This document shows positions 51,632 to 62,914 of a DNA stretch of 64,000 bases, one piece after another. How positions within the stretch are numbered: the stretch's first letter is position 1; the number at the start of each line of letters is the position of its first letter. The stretch is from Squalus acanthias (Eukaryota): NCBI GenBank assembly GCA_030390025.1, contig CM059432.1:133116001-133180000 (forward strand). The letters are read 5' to 3'. Both the position numbers and the translations under genes were made by a program. The notes under the pieces are model-generated. The model was not told the DNA's origin. It saw nothing but the letters and a program-made list of their open reading frames with translations, and did not search any database.

Positions 51632-52150
51632 GGGGGGAATTTTGTGGGGGGTCAGCAGGCGCGATCGGTGGCGAGTCGAGTGAGAAAATGTTTTTTTTTT
51701 GACAGCGGGTCGGGACCCCGCTGTCAACTCACCACCACGCACCTTTACCAAATGTCGGGTCTGCCAGCGCTGAGTAGACCTGACACGCAGCGGCGGGGGA
51801 GGCAATTGAAATCATTAGTGGTTTGTTTACAGCCACTTAACAATGCTTTTTTCACAGCTTTTTGATTTTGACAGGTCGCCCACCATTTTCTTGTTGTGCC
51901 TAGACCTCGTCAGTGAAGCTGAGGCAGGAGGTGATTTGCCATTGTTTCAGCTGATGAGCTGACAGCTTCAAATGTCAAGTCAAAGCTTCCAGCTGATTCA
52001 GATATTTTCCCTTAGCCACTAGTTTCTCTAAACTGCATTTCCACTACAGATTCAGAATGCTGCAAGTCTTTACACAAGTCTCCATCCAGTCTGACCTCAT
52101 TACCTCTCCCACCATTAACAGATCGTTTCTGTCATCTCTACTTCACCTGC
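51632..52150. mobile_element. One end of a Harbinger-type element, truncated at the CR1
   Basis: Starts GGGGGGAATTTT with GC-rich subterminal sequence; no partner TIR seen. Confidence 0.4.
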
Positions 52151-52159
52151 CAAGCAAGG

Positions 52160-52924
52160 CTGAGAGTTACATGGATAGCATGTTTCTAGAGGTGGTCACC
52201 CCGCAGCTTAAGAGTGTGCAGGCAGAGAGGGAATGGGTGACTGCTAGTCAGAAGAGGAGGACCAGGCAGGTAGTGCAGGAGTCCCCTTGCTCTCCAACCA
52301 GTATTCTGTTCTGAGTACTGGTGAGGGCGATGGTTCCTCTGGGGAGAGCAGCCAGAGTCAAGTCCACGGCACCACGGGTTGCTCAGCTGCACAGGGGGGG
52401 AGGAAAAAGAGTGGAAGAGCAATAGTGGTAGGGGATTCGATAGTTAGGGGAGCAGACAGGCGTTTCTGCGGCCGTAGACTTGACTCCAGGATGGCATGTT
52501 GCCTCCCTGGTGCCAGGGTCAAGGATGTTACTGAGCAGCTGCAGGACATTCTGAGGGGGGAGGGTGAACAGCTAGAGGTCGTTGTCCATATCGGTACCAA
52601 TGACATAGGCAGAAAGAGGGATGAGGTCCTGCAGGCAGAGTTTAGGGAGCTAGGAGAGAGATTAAAAAGCAGGACCTCAAGGTAGTAATCTCCGGATTAC
52701 TCCCGGTGCCACGTGCTAGTGAGTACAGGAATAGGAGGATAGAACAGATGAATGTGTGGCTGGAGAGATGGTGCAGGAGGGAGGGCTTTAGATTCCTGAG
52801 GCAAAGCGACCGTTTCTGGGGAAGGTGGGACCTGTACAAGCCGGACGGGTTACACCTCAACAGAGCCGGGACCAATATTCTTGCGGGGAGGTTTGTTAGT
52901 GCTGTTGGGGAGGGTTTAAACTAG
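52160..52924 (+). pseudogene. CR1 ORF1 C-terminal part, SGNH/GDSL esterase domain, frameshifted
   Basis: AIVVGDSIVR, CLPGA, VHIGTND, DGLHLN motifs across ORFs 52287-52685 and 52706-52924. Confidence 0.9.
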
Positions 52925-53121
52925 CTTGGCAGGGGGATGGGGACCAGCATATAGGAGTAGAAAAGAGGAATAAGGTGCATAAAAGAGTGATTGTGTTGGA
53001 TAGTACTAGAGAAGATAGCACTGGAGGCGGTAGTAGTACCATATTAGATAGGAGCAGACTAAGAAAGACTACAAAAAATTCAAAAATGTGTTCAGAATGC
53101 ATGTAAGTAAACGCACAAAGT

Positions 53122-55821
53122 GTGGTGAATAAGGTTGGTGAGCTACAAGCACAATTAGCCGTGTGGCAATATGATGTTGTGGCGATAACGGAAACATGGC
53201 TTAAAAACGGTGAGGACTGGGCACTTAATATTCAAGTGTACAAGGTGTTCAGAAAAGATAGGGAAGGAAAAAAGGGAGGTGGGGTGGCAGTGCTGATTAA
53301 GGAAGACATTGTAGTGTTGGAAAGGGAGGATGTTCTTGAGGGGACAAGGACAGAATCCATTTTGTTAGAGTTGAGGAGCAAGAAGGGCATGATCACGCTA
53401 TTGGGGGTATTCTACAGGCCTCCAAATAGTGAGAGGGAGTTAGAGGAGCAAATCTGCAGGGAAATCGCAGAGATATGCAAGAGCTATAGAGTGGTGATAT
53501 ATGGGGACTTTAATTACCCAAATATCGATTGGGATAATGCTAGGGTAAAGGGAAAGGAGGGGAAGGAATTTCTGAAATGTATTCAGGAGAATTTCCTTGA
53601 CCAGTATGTTCGTGGACCAACTAGGAAGGAGGCATTGCTGGATCTGGTGCTGGGGAATGAGGTGGGCCAGGTCGACCAAGTGTCTGTGGGAGAACACTTG
53701 GGTATGAGTGATCATCATATCATAAGATTTAGATTAGCAATGGAGAGGAGCAAGGAACAATCTAGAGTGGAACTTCTAAACAGGAATAGGGCTAACTTCA
53801 ATGGAATGCGAAAGGATCTAGCCAGGGTAAAATGGAACCAAAGACTGACAGGAAAAACTGTAACGGAACAATGGGTGATCTTTAAGGAGGAGATCTTCCA
53901 AGTACAGGCTAGGTACATTCCAACAAGAGGGAAGGGTAAGGGAGCCAAAGCAAGGGCTCCTTGGATAACGAGGGAGATAGAGAAGATGATGAAACAAAAA
54001 AAGAGGGTGTATGATGAATGTCAGGTGAATTCTTCAAGGGTGAACCAGATCAAATACAATAAGTTGAGAGGGGATGTGAAGATGAAAATAAGATTGGCAA
54101 AGAGAGAATATGAGAGTAGAATGGCGGTTAACATAAAAGGGAACCCAAAAATCTTCTACCGGCATGTAAACAGTAAGCAGGTAGTAAGAGGCGGGGTGGG
54201 GCCTATTAGAGACAAAGAAGGTGATATATGCTTAGAGGCAAAGGGCAAGGCTAGAATACTCAATGAGTATTTTGTATCAGTGTTTACTAAGGAGATGGAT
54301 GCTGACAAAATATCGGTAGAAGTGGAAAAGGCAGAAGCAATGGAAGGGGTGAAAATTGATAGACAGGATGTACTAGAAAGGCTGGGTATGCTTAGAGTGG
54401 ACAAGTCGCCTGGTCCAGATGGCTTGCATCCCAGGTTGCTAAGGGAATTGGTGGAGGAGATAGCGGAAGTGCTTGCCATCATTTTCCAATCTTCCTTAGA
54501 TGCGGGGGAGATGCCGGAGAATTGGAAAGTGGCAAATGTGACACCATTATTCAAGAAAGGGTGTAAGGACAGGCCGGTCAGTTTAACATCAGTGGTGGGT
54601 AAAGTTTCAGAAACAATAATCAAGGAAAAAATTAACGGGCACTTGGAGAGGTTTAAGCTAATCAATGAGAGCCAACACGGATTTGTAAAAGGCAGATCGT
54701 GTTTGGCTAATCTAATTGAATTTTTTGATGAAGTAACAGAGAGGATTGATGAAGGGAATGCAATGGATGTTGTCTACATGGATTTTCAGAAGGCGTTTGA
54801 CAAAGTACCACATAGAAAGCTGGTTAACAAAATTGAGGCTCATGGAATAGGTGGGTCAGTGGCAGCTTGGATAAGGAATTGGCTTAAGGACAGAAAACAG
54901 CAAGTTGTGGTAAATGGCTGTTTTTCAGACTGGAGGATGGTAGACAGAGGTGTTCCCCAAGGGTCAGTGCTGGGGCCACTGCTTTTTTTGATATATATAA
55001 ATGACCTGGATATTGGAATACAGAGTAGAATTTGTACATTTGCCGGTGACACCAAACTTGGGGGTGTGGCAAACAGTGATGCTGATACCAATCGACTGCA
55101 ACAGGACATAGAAAGGCTAGCAGAATGGGCAGACAAATGGCAGATGGAATTTAATACAGAGAAGTGTGAGGTGATGCATTTTGGCAGAAGGAACAGGGAG
55201 AGGCAATATACACTTAATGGCACAGTTTTAAAGAGTGTGCAGGGACAGAGGGACCTGGGAGTTAATGTGTATAGGTCCCTGAAGGTGGCAGGACATATTG
55301 AGAGAGTGGTTAACAAAGCATATGGGATCTTGGGCTTCATAAATAGAAGTATTGAGTACAAAAGTAGAGAAGTTATGCTGAACCTTTATAAAGTGCTGGT
55401 TAGGCCACAACTGGAGTATTGCGTCCAGTTCTGGTCACCACACTTTAGGAAGGGTGTGAAGGCCCTTGAGAGGGTGCAGAGGAGATTTACCAGAATGGTT
55501 CCGGGGATGGGGGATCTTAGCTACAAGGACAGGTTGGAGAAGCTGGATTTGTTTTCATTAGAGCAAAGGAGGTTGAGGGGTGATTTGATAGAGGTGTACA
55601 AGATTATGACGGGTTTGGATAGGCTAGACGGGGAAAGGCTGTTCCCACTAGTTGATGGTTCAAGGTTGAGGGGACACAGATTTATGGTTTTGGTCAAGAG
55701 ATACAGGCGGTGGTGTGAGGAAAAACATTTGTACGTAGCGAGTGGTGAGGACCTGGAACTCGCTGCCGACGGAAGTGCTGGAAGCGGAGACACTCAATGT
55801 TTTCAAGGGGAGACTGGATAG
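53122..55821 (+). pseudogene. CR1 ORF2 (APE endonuclease + reverse transcriptase), inactivated
   Basis: ITETW, GDFN, LDLVL, SDH (EN); QGSVLGP (RT); catalytic FADD reads FAGD; TAA at 53104; short deletion before RPVSL; 3' frameshift. Confidence 0.95.
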
Positions 55822-56310
55822 GCACTTGAGGGAAATAAACTTGCAGGGCTACGGGGATAGAGCGGGGGCATGGGACTGACTGGATTGCTCTACAGAGAGC
55901 TGGTACGGACTCGATGGGCTGAATGGCCTCCTTCTGTGCCGTTATGACTCTAAGGGGTAGAAATTAGGTCGCGCCCCATTTGGGGCGCAAATATCGTCCG
56001 GACGCAAATATTAGCGCCTGGCGCTAATTATCGGCACTGACAGGAAACTTCACTTTTACCGCCCCGGGAGGTGAGTGGAGCGCTAAAGTAGGCGCTGCAC
56101 ACCTCTCTTAAGGCGCAAAGGCCAAGGAGTGAGGCGCTAACTCAGCGCACGAGCGCAGCGCAGCTGCTGCCAGTTAGCGAGGGAACACAGACACAATGGC
56201 GCCGGACACTTCTTAAAGCAGGGGGGGCCACTTGCTCCTCAGCCACACCCTGCTCATTGCAGCCTTGAATCTCAGCCTGGAGAGACCTGTAATCCATTTT
56301 GCTGCCAAGC

Positions 56311-58079
56311 ATGGAGAGGGTGAGAGAACGCGCTCATCGCTTCACCGAGCGGGCCTTGGATGCTCTGGTTGACGCAGTGGAGCGCAGACGATGCATGCTG
56401 TTCCCGGAGAGTGGCAGGAGGCCTTTGCCACGCGAGTTCAGAAGAGTGTGGAGGGAGGTGGCTCAGAGCGTCTCCTCCAGGAGCATGGTGCCCAGGACCC
56501 ATGTTCAATGCCGCAAAAAGTTCAACGACCTCACTCGGGTCGTCAGGGTGAGTGGCTTTTTCTCAATACCTCTCCATCCCTCCATCTCAACCTCACTCTA
56601 TGGCCAGAGGGTCTTAAAACCCCAATGCACAACACTCATCCAACACCTATGGCACTTTCATCAAACACACACACACATTCCACACTTTGCATACAGTAAG
56701 GGCTATTCACCTATGGGAGGCACATCAGGCAAGACCATGGCTGTATATTTACTCAGATGCTGTCCTTTTTCTTGCAGGCTAAGCTGGCTCATAATCGGAG
56801 ACAGCAGCAACGGACGGGTGGAGGGCGGCTTCAGCTGCAACCCCTCAGCGATCTGGAGGAGCACGTCCACAGGATTGTGGCAAGCCGGGTGATCGGTCCC
56901 GTCGCCACTGGAGACGCCGACCCCGTTGTGGACAGCAATGGTAAGGTCATCACCTTTTTGTCCTCTGTCCTTCCACTTGTCCCTCACAATACCAGCCTTT
57001 GACACTTTCAATCCAACTTGCTAACTCGCTGCACTTATTCCTCCCTTACTGCCACCCTGTCCTCACGCTAAAGCCACTCTTGTACCTCCCTGCTTTCAGA
57101 TGGTGATTCACCAGCTGAGGAGACGGGCCCTGAAGCTGCCACTGGGAGTGATGCTGCAGCTGAGGAGGAAGAGGAAGCCGGAGCATCAGTGCCACCCTCT
57201 CCCGAGGAAGCCCATGCCCACACTGGGAACACGCCTTCCCCGGAGGGGAGCAGGGGGGAAGGGGCTGATGATGGTGAAGCTCCAGGACCCAGCGGGCTGC
57301 AGCAACGCCATGGGGGGGGTAGGGAAGAACGGGGGCCTTCTCCCCAGAGGGAGAGTATGCCAGACACTCCTACTGCAATGGACGCAGAGGAGGAGCGGCT
57401 GATTGCAGAAATGAACACCCAGGCGGTGGGCATGCACACTGAGCTCATGGGTGCAGTGGGAAGGGTGCCCGATTGCATTGAGTCACTGGCAAGGAGTGTG
57501 GAGCACTTCGCTGTAGCACAGGCGGATGCCACACTAACGCTTAGTGCTGCAATTCAGTCAATGGCTGCCGTGATCCCACCTCTGACTGCTCTCATACAGA
57601 CTCAGATGGAGGCCACGCGAGCACAGACTGCTGCCAACCTCGATGGTTCGTGCACATGTCCCCGGGGCTGTCACCGCGCCGCAGCAGGCCAGCAATCTGT
57701 TCTCCGGCAAATTGCTCCGGATGCTGAAGTGCTGCCCCGTGGGAGTGCCAGTGTGTCGGGCGAGCAGGGAGTTGCTGGCCTCTCTCACGATGACAGCATT
57801 CCTGCTGCCAACACTGTCACTTCTCTACTGCACTTGCCACCGCCTGTAGGACAGACTGCTGCCGCCCATGCAGAGTTGGTGCAGTCTGCAGCCGGGCCCT
57901 CCAGGCCCAGAAGTGGTCGAGGCCGTCCTTCAGGGGCATCTGCAGTGTCAGGGTCTGACGAGCAGCAGCCTTCCACCAGCCTTGCTGCAGCCACTGAGGT
58001 CCCATTACGGAGGAGCAGTAGGGTTAGAAGGGGGGAAGTGCGCAAGGGAAGGAGATCACCCTCGAAGGGCAAAAAGTAG
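56311..58079 (+). CDS. Harbinger Myb/SANT-like DNA-binding protein, 3 exons (56311-56547, 56778-56940, 57100-58079), predicted 459 aa
   Basis: AHRFTERALDALV...VWREVAQSVS...QCRKKFNDL; GT-AG introns, phases 0 and 1, join into one open frame. Confidence 0.9.
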
Positions 58080-58373
58080 GAGGTGTGCCAAAATGCTGGT
58101 CATTTTTTTATTAAAGGCCGAGGTTCATGGTCCAACTTTTGTTTAGTGTTTTGGACATTATCTCCAGGTTGTGAGAACCAGTTATGTTATTGACTGTTTT
58201 TTTGTGTTTATTTCTATGAGTTTGTCATGAGGAATTGACACACACAGAGTTTGTAAAATAAATAAGTTTCTGTATTCAAAATATACATGGCTGGTGGTTG
58301 GAATTATTGGTGCCTTGGCCGGCTTAGGGGTTGCGTGCTGGGTTGATTAGTGTTTGTAGCAATGGCAGGGGCC

Positions 58374-59534
58374 CTAGAAGCGGCTTGCTATTAGTCGTTG
58401 ACGGACGGCCCTTGCAGTTTGACCATTGTGGGCCGCCCTCCTGCCTTGGTGCTGCTGATGATCATCGTCCTCGTCCTGTTCCTCCTCTTCCTCCTCCTCC
58501 TCTGGTGGTGCTACAAGGCCTGGTGGCATTGGCTGGGTCCTGAGGATTGCCATGTTGTGCAACATGCAGCACACGACTACGAAGTTCGAAACTTGCTCAG
58601 GCGAGTACTGCAGGGCTCCTCCGGAATGGTCCAGACAGCGGAACCGTTGTTTCAGCACGCCGATTGTGCGCTCAATAATGTTCCTGGTTGCTTGATGGCT
58701 TTCATTGTACCGCAGCTCAGCAGAGGTGTTTGGCGTACGGAGCGGTGTCATCAGCCAGGTGCTCAATGCGTACCCCTTGTCCCCCAGAAGCCAACCAACT
58801 GGCTGATGCGGTGCCTCGAAAACTTCTGCCACAGTAGTCTGGCGCAGGATGAAAGCATCGTGGCAGCTGCCCGGATAGTGGGCATTGACAGCGAGTATCA
58901 CCTGTCTGTGGTCACAGACCAACTGCACATTCAAGGAATGGAACCCCTTTCTGTTCCTGAATTCCTCTGCATTCTCTCGCGGAGCACGCAAAGCCACATG
59001 CGTGCAGTCAATGGCGCCCTGCACCATGGGGAAGCCCGCTACCCTCGCAAAGCCCAGAGCACGGTCACGCTGCTTGTCTGGGGTCATAGGGAAAGAGATG
59101 AAGTCTCGTCTCCTTCTGAAGAGGGCATTGGTGACCTGCCGGATGCAGCGATGCACCGCAAACTGGGAGATATTGGCGAGGTCCCCAACAGCAGCTTGGA
59201 ATGAGCCAGTGGCGTAGAAGTTCAAAGCCACTGTGACCTTCACTGCCACCGACAGAGACGTCCTGGACCTCAGCTGAGGCTGCAGATCTGGCTGCAGCAG
59301 GTGGCAGAGCTCAGTGACCACCTCCTTGCTGAATCGCAGCCTTCGCAAACACAGCTCCTCGGACATATGGATGTAAGAGAGCTGTTCACGATATACCCTG
59401 GGAGGGTAAGCTCTCCTGTACATGCGCCTGATGGCCCTCCTCCGTCTGGCCATCATTGCCACTCTCTGTCTGCGTCTCAGTATCCTCCGATTCAGCTGGA
59501 GCAGGACGACGCCCCCAATCATTGCAGCCCCCAT
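58374..59534 (-). CDS. Harbinger DDE transposase (HARBI1-like family), 386 aa
   Basis: GAIDCTH, NRKGFHSLNVQ, GSCHDAFIL, LLGDKGY, RNIIERTIGVLKQRFRCL; uninterrupted. Confidence 0.96.
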   Translation of the reverse strand: MGAAMIGGVVLLQLNRRILRRRQRVAMMARRRRAIRRMYRRAYPPRVYREQLSYIHMSEELCLRRLRFSKEVVTELCHLLQPDLQPQLRSRTSLSVAVKVTVALNFYATGSFQAAVGDLANISQFAVHRCIRQVTNALFRRRRDFISFPMTPDKQRDRALGFARVAGFPMVQGAIDCTHVALRAPRENAEEFRNRKGFHSLNVQLVCDHRQVILAVNAHYPGSCHDAFILRQTTVAEVFEAPHQPVGWLLGDKGYALSTWLMTPLRTPNTSAELRYNESHQATRNIIERTIGVLKQRFRCLDHSGGALQYSPEQVSNFVVVCCMLHNMAILRTQPMPPGLVAPPEEEEEEEEQDEDDDHQQHQGRRAAHNGQTARAVRQRLIASRF

Positions 59535-59729
59535 ATTCTCTTTGCCAGAAAAGTAATGAGGTACAGCAACTAAAGTAGCAACAAAGTTAGGATGAACTAG
59601 GCAAAACTACCTCACAAAGCGTTGAGTCAATGTAGAAGTCTCTCTCTCTCTCTCTCCGAATCTCTCTCTCTCTCTCAGAACGAGTGGTGCATAAATGTCG
59701 ATCACAGAAAAAGACAGGAAGAGGCCCCC

Positions 59730-59874
59730 TTTAAATAGCGCCCCCCCCAGCCCCACACCGATTGATAACGTTCCAGTCTTCCGGTCGTTGGAAGCGCCAG
59801 GCGGTAAGGCAGGGGGCGCCACTCAATTTCCGCTCCGGGGCGCCCCAAGGGCGTTGCACCATGGAATGACGTCA
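59730..59874 (-). promoter_or_regulatory. Putative transposase promoter
   Basis: Minus-strand TATTTAAA (59737-59730) and CRE palindrome TGACGTCA (59867-59874); both kept in the copy at ~60630-60780. Confidence 0.45.
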
Positions 59875-60057
59875 CAATCTGCGCGCGCAGGTGGTCGCAG
59901 CGGTAAGTTTTAGCGCCGCCGCACAATCTCAAGTTAAGTTCTCGAGCGGCGCAAACAGCGCTGCGCCCGGGCGTTAGCGGCTTAACGCCCCATTAGCGCC
60001 CTCTTAAGGCGCTAACGGGAGGTGCAACCAAGTGAATTTTTACCCCTAAGACTCCAT

Positions 60058-60950
60058 GGGGTAGAAATTCGGTCGCGCCCCATTTGGGGCGCAAATATCG
60101 TCCGGACGCAAATATTAGCGCCTGGCGCTAATTATCGGCACTGACGGGAAACTTCACTTTTACCGCCCCGGGAGGTGAGTGGAGCGCTAAAGCAGGCGCT
60201 GCACACCTCTCTTAAGGCGCAAAGGCCGAGCAGTGAGGCGCTAACTCGGAGCGCTGGCGAAGCTCATGTAATGTCAGTCAGCAATGGAACACACACACAA
60301 TGGCACGGGCCAGTTCTTAAAGGGGATGGTTAATCTTGCTTTCCATCCACATCCTGTTCATTGCTGCCTTGAATCTCGGCCTGGAGAGACTTGCACATCA
60401 AATGTGCTGGAAAGAACAATGGAGAGCACCAGGCAAAGAGCTCAGAGTGCAGCTCCCACGGTCTCTGCTAAATCGATACAAGGAATGGCAAATCAAAATG
60501 AACCTGCAAAGTGCTGCTCAGTACCCAAAACTCCTTCACACAACGTTGAATCTCTCCAGAAGTCTCTCCCTCTCTCTCTCAGAATGCGTAGTTCAAAAAT
60601 GCCACCAACAATAAAAGACAGGAAGAGGCCCCCTTTAAATAGCGCCCCCCCCAGCCCCACAGCGATTGATAGCGTTCAAGTCTTCTGGTCGTTGGAAGCA
60701 CCAGGCGGTAAGGCAGGGGGCGCCACTCAATTTCCGCTACGGGGCGCCCCAAGGGCGTTGCACCATGGAATGACGTCACAATCTGCGCGCGCAGGTGGTC
60801 GCAGCGGTAAGTTTTAGCGCCGCCGCACAATCTCAAGTTAAGTTCTCGAGCGGCGCAAACATCGCTGCGCCCGGGCGTTAGCGGCTTTGCGCCCCATTAG
60901 CGCCCTCTTAAGGTGCTAACGGGTGGCGCAACCAAGTGAATTTTTACCCC
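60058..60950. mobile_element. Non-autonomous Harbinger (893 bp) with the same ends as 55954-60046
   Basis: TIRs GGGGTA(G/A)AAATTC, TSD CAT (60055-60057 / 60951-60953), no transposase. Confidence 0.95.
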
Positions 60951-61904
60951 CATGACTCTATTTTGTAGCTGTTGTCAATCTGATGCTGATTAATCGGTTG
61001 TTAATCAATCATTGATGCTATTCACTACAATCAAATAAGTTGGATCAGCTATAGTCAGACTTGCAAAGAAAAATAATAGCCTCTCTTTGTGCATCAGCTC
61101 CACTGTAAGGATTGTTTCTCCTTTCTGGTCCAGCACCCTATCCACTTTCTCTGCTGTGGCTGACAACCTATCCATAATTGCAAAGACCAGAAGCCTGGGT
61201 GCAAATGTCACTGTGTCTAGGATTTGAAGCCAGTCCATGGAACTGTGCATTAAAGCACTGTGTAATCAGCATGCCTGCTGTACAACCTCCACTTATAAAA
61301 CCAGCTATAATTCCGCACGTACCCTTTCAATATCAAGAGTAAGTGGTGGTAGTCCAGATGCCTGGCCATAATCCTGGAAATGCAGCATTAAAATCTATAA
61401 GTACTCTGTGACCTGGAATTCAGGTTCAAAAAAGATTGAGTTTGTCAAAAACCAGGGGGATTTAAAATCAACCCCTTTATGTTAAAAGAAATGAACACTT
61501 CTTTCATTCACATTCATCCAGCACTTCAAGCCATTTAATTTTAAGAAGCATTGTTTGTAAAGCACACCCCAGGGAGAAGAAATAAGTTGCATTTAGATGG
61601 CACTCATCAGGTCCTTGAGATGTCCCATCTTTGGACAGTTTGCTCTTCAAGTGATGCCATGGGATGCTTTACATCCACTCGAACAGGCAGATAGGACCCC
61701 ATCTGACAGACATCTCCAACAATACAGCACTCCCTCACCACTGCATTGAACTTCATTTATTTTCTTCAATACTTACTGTTGGTTCACAGAAAGCAAAATA
61801 CTGAAGTTATTCATTTATATCAACTGAAATTTCAGATTTTCATCAACTACGTAATAACTACTGGACTTTAGTGTTGGTGATATTAACAGATGGGCATTTA
61901 TTCT

Positions 61905-62005
61905 AAAATAAAAACAGAAAATGCTGGAAACACTCAGCAGGTCAGGCAGCATCTGTGGAGAGAGAGAAACAAAGTTAACGTTTCAGGTCGATGGCTTTTC
62001 ATCTG
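61905..62005 (-). mobile_element. Penelope (second family) 3' end fragment with a degenerate hammerhead
   Basis: Reverse complement matches 31410-31505; core reads CAGAUGA and stem I 5' strand is missing. Confidence 0.75.
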
Positions 62006-62771
62006 TTCTATGTTGGCACTCCAAAATGTTTTTGACCGAGACATACATATATAGTTTATATATATCACCTAAGAAAACAAGAGGGGGAAAAAACCAGACA
62101 AAACTAAATGATAAACAAATATTAATGAACATTTTAACCTGGTACAAATAAGGATAAGGCATCACAGAACAGAAGATTGAAAGCATGAGCACTCACAGGA
62201 CCTCCAGGGAGTAGCAAGGTGAAGACTATTAACCTTAAACACAAGAGATCATGTATGAAAGATCTGTCAATACCTCATTTAGGTTCAGTAACCCCACAGC
62301 ACATCTACAATGAAGCCAGATATCAAGGTTATTCATCAGGGATAAATCCCTCATTTCACAGAAATGTGAATGGAAGGTGGGAGATGTTTAAAATAGATCA
62401 GGCACTGTCATTGAACTCTGGCAATGAATTGGAAATGTCTTGGAAAAATTTCTGTACAGCAAAGAAGACAGAAATAAGCTGGGGACATAGTGTATTATGC
62501 ATAATCCTCAATGCACAGAGAAGCAGTCTTTCAAGGTTCCTGTATAAAATAGGTTTATTTATGAGCTCAAGTTACATGAAAAGCAGAGTGCAAATTGACC
62601 ACAGCGACCAGAACATTCCAGAAGGCACTGTAAGAAGGAGATTCAGTGACAGCTTTGTGAATGGAGGAAATCATGTATACAATTTGGCACTTCTCACCCA
62701 GCAGTACACGGTCCAGATCACCTGGCAGAGGAGCCTGTGGTGAGCAATTTGTAGACACTCCCCCTCTGGTG

Positions 62772-62914
62772 CCGGCTGTGGTTCAGTTAGTAGCACTCTC
62801 GCCTCTGAGTCAGAAGCTTGTGGGTTCAAGTTCCACTCTAGGCTGACACTCCAGTCTAGAACTAAGCGACTGCTACACTGTCGGGGTGCTGTCCTTCGGA
62901 TGAGACGTTAAACC
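62772..62914 (+). mobile_element. Deu-domain SINE 5' fragment (other fragments ~38705-38860 and ~61580-61745, minus strand)
   Basis: tRNA-like head and GATGAGACGTTAAACC. Confidence 0.7.

Larger units (their letters stand above)
52157..55953 (+). mobile_element. Near-full-length CR1 LINE (ORF1 3' part, ORF2, 3' UTR)
   Basis: See ORF entries; the (ATGACTCT)n-type tail starts at 55944 and continues at 60047-60057 and 60951-60960. Confidence 0.95.
55954..60046. mobile_element. Autonomous PIF/Harbinger DNA transposon (4093 bp)
   Basis: TIRs GGGGTA(G/A)AAATT, TSD TAA (55951-55953 / 60047-60049), two convergent genes. Confidence 0.97.

Noticed and set aside
58398..59204. 268-aa plus-strand ORF
   Set aside because: Antisense shadow of the transposase, with no motifs
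58374..59534. Domesticated HARBI1 gene
   Set aside because: It lies inside TIRs with a TSD and a partner Myb gene, so it is a transposon copy
60284..60817. 177-aa ORF in the non-autonomous Harbinger
   Set aside because: Runs across UTR and subterminal sequence; only a few codons correspond to the Myb start
61960..62005. Sixth hammerhead
   Set aside because: Core CUGA reads CAGA, stem II has mismatches and stem I is incomplete
62219..62743. 174-aa ORF
   Set aside because: Non-ATG start, no domain, no supported splice structure
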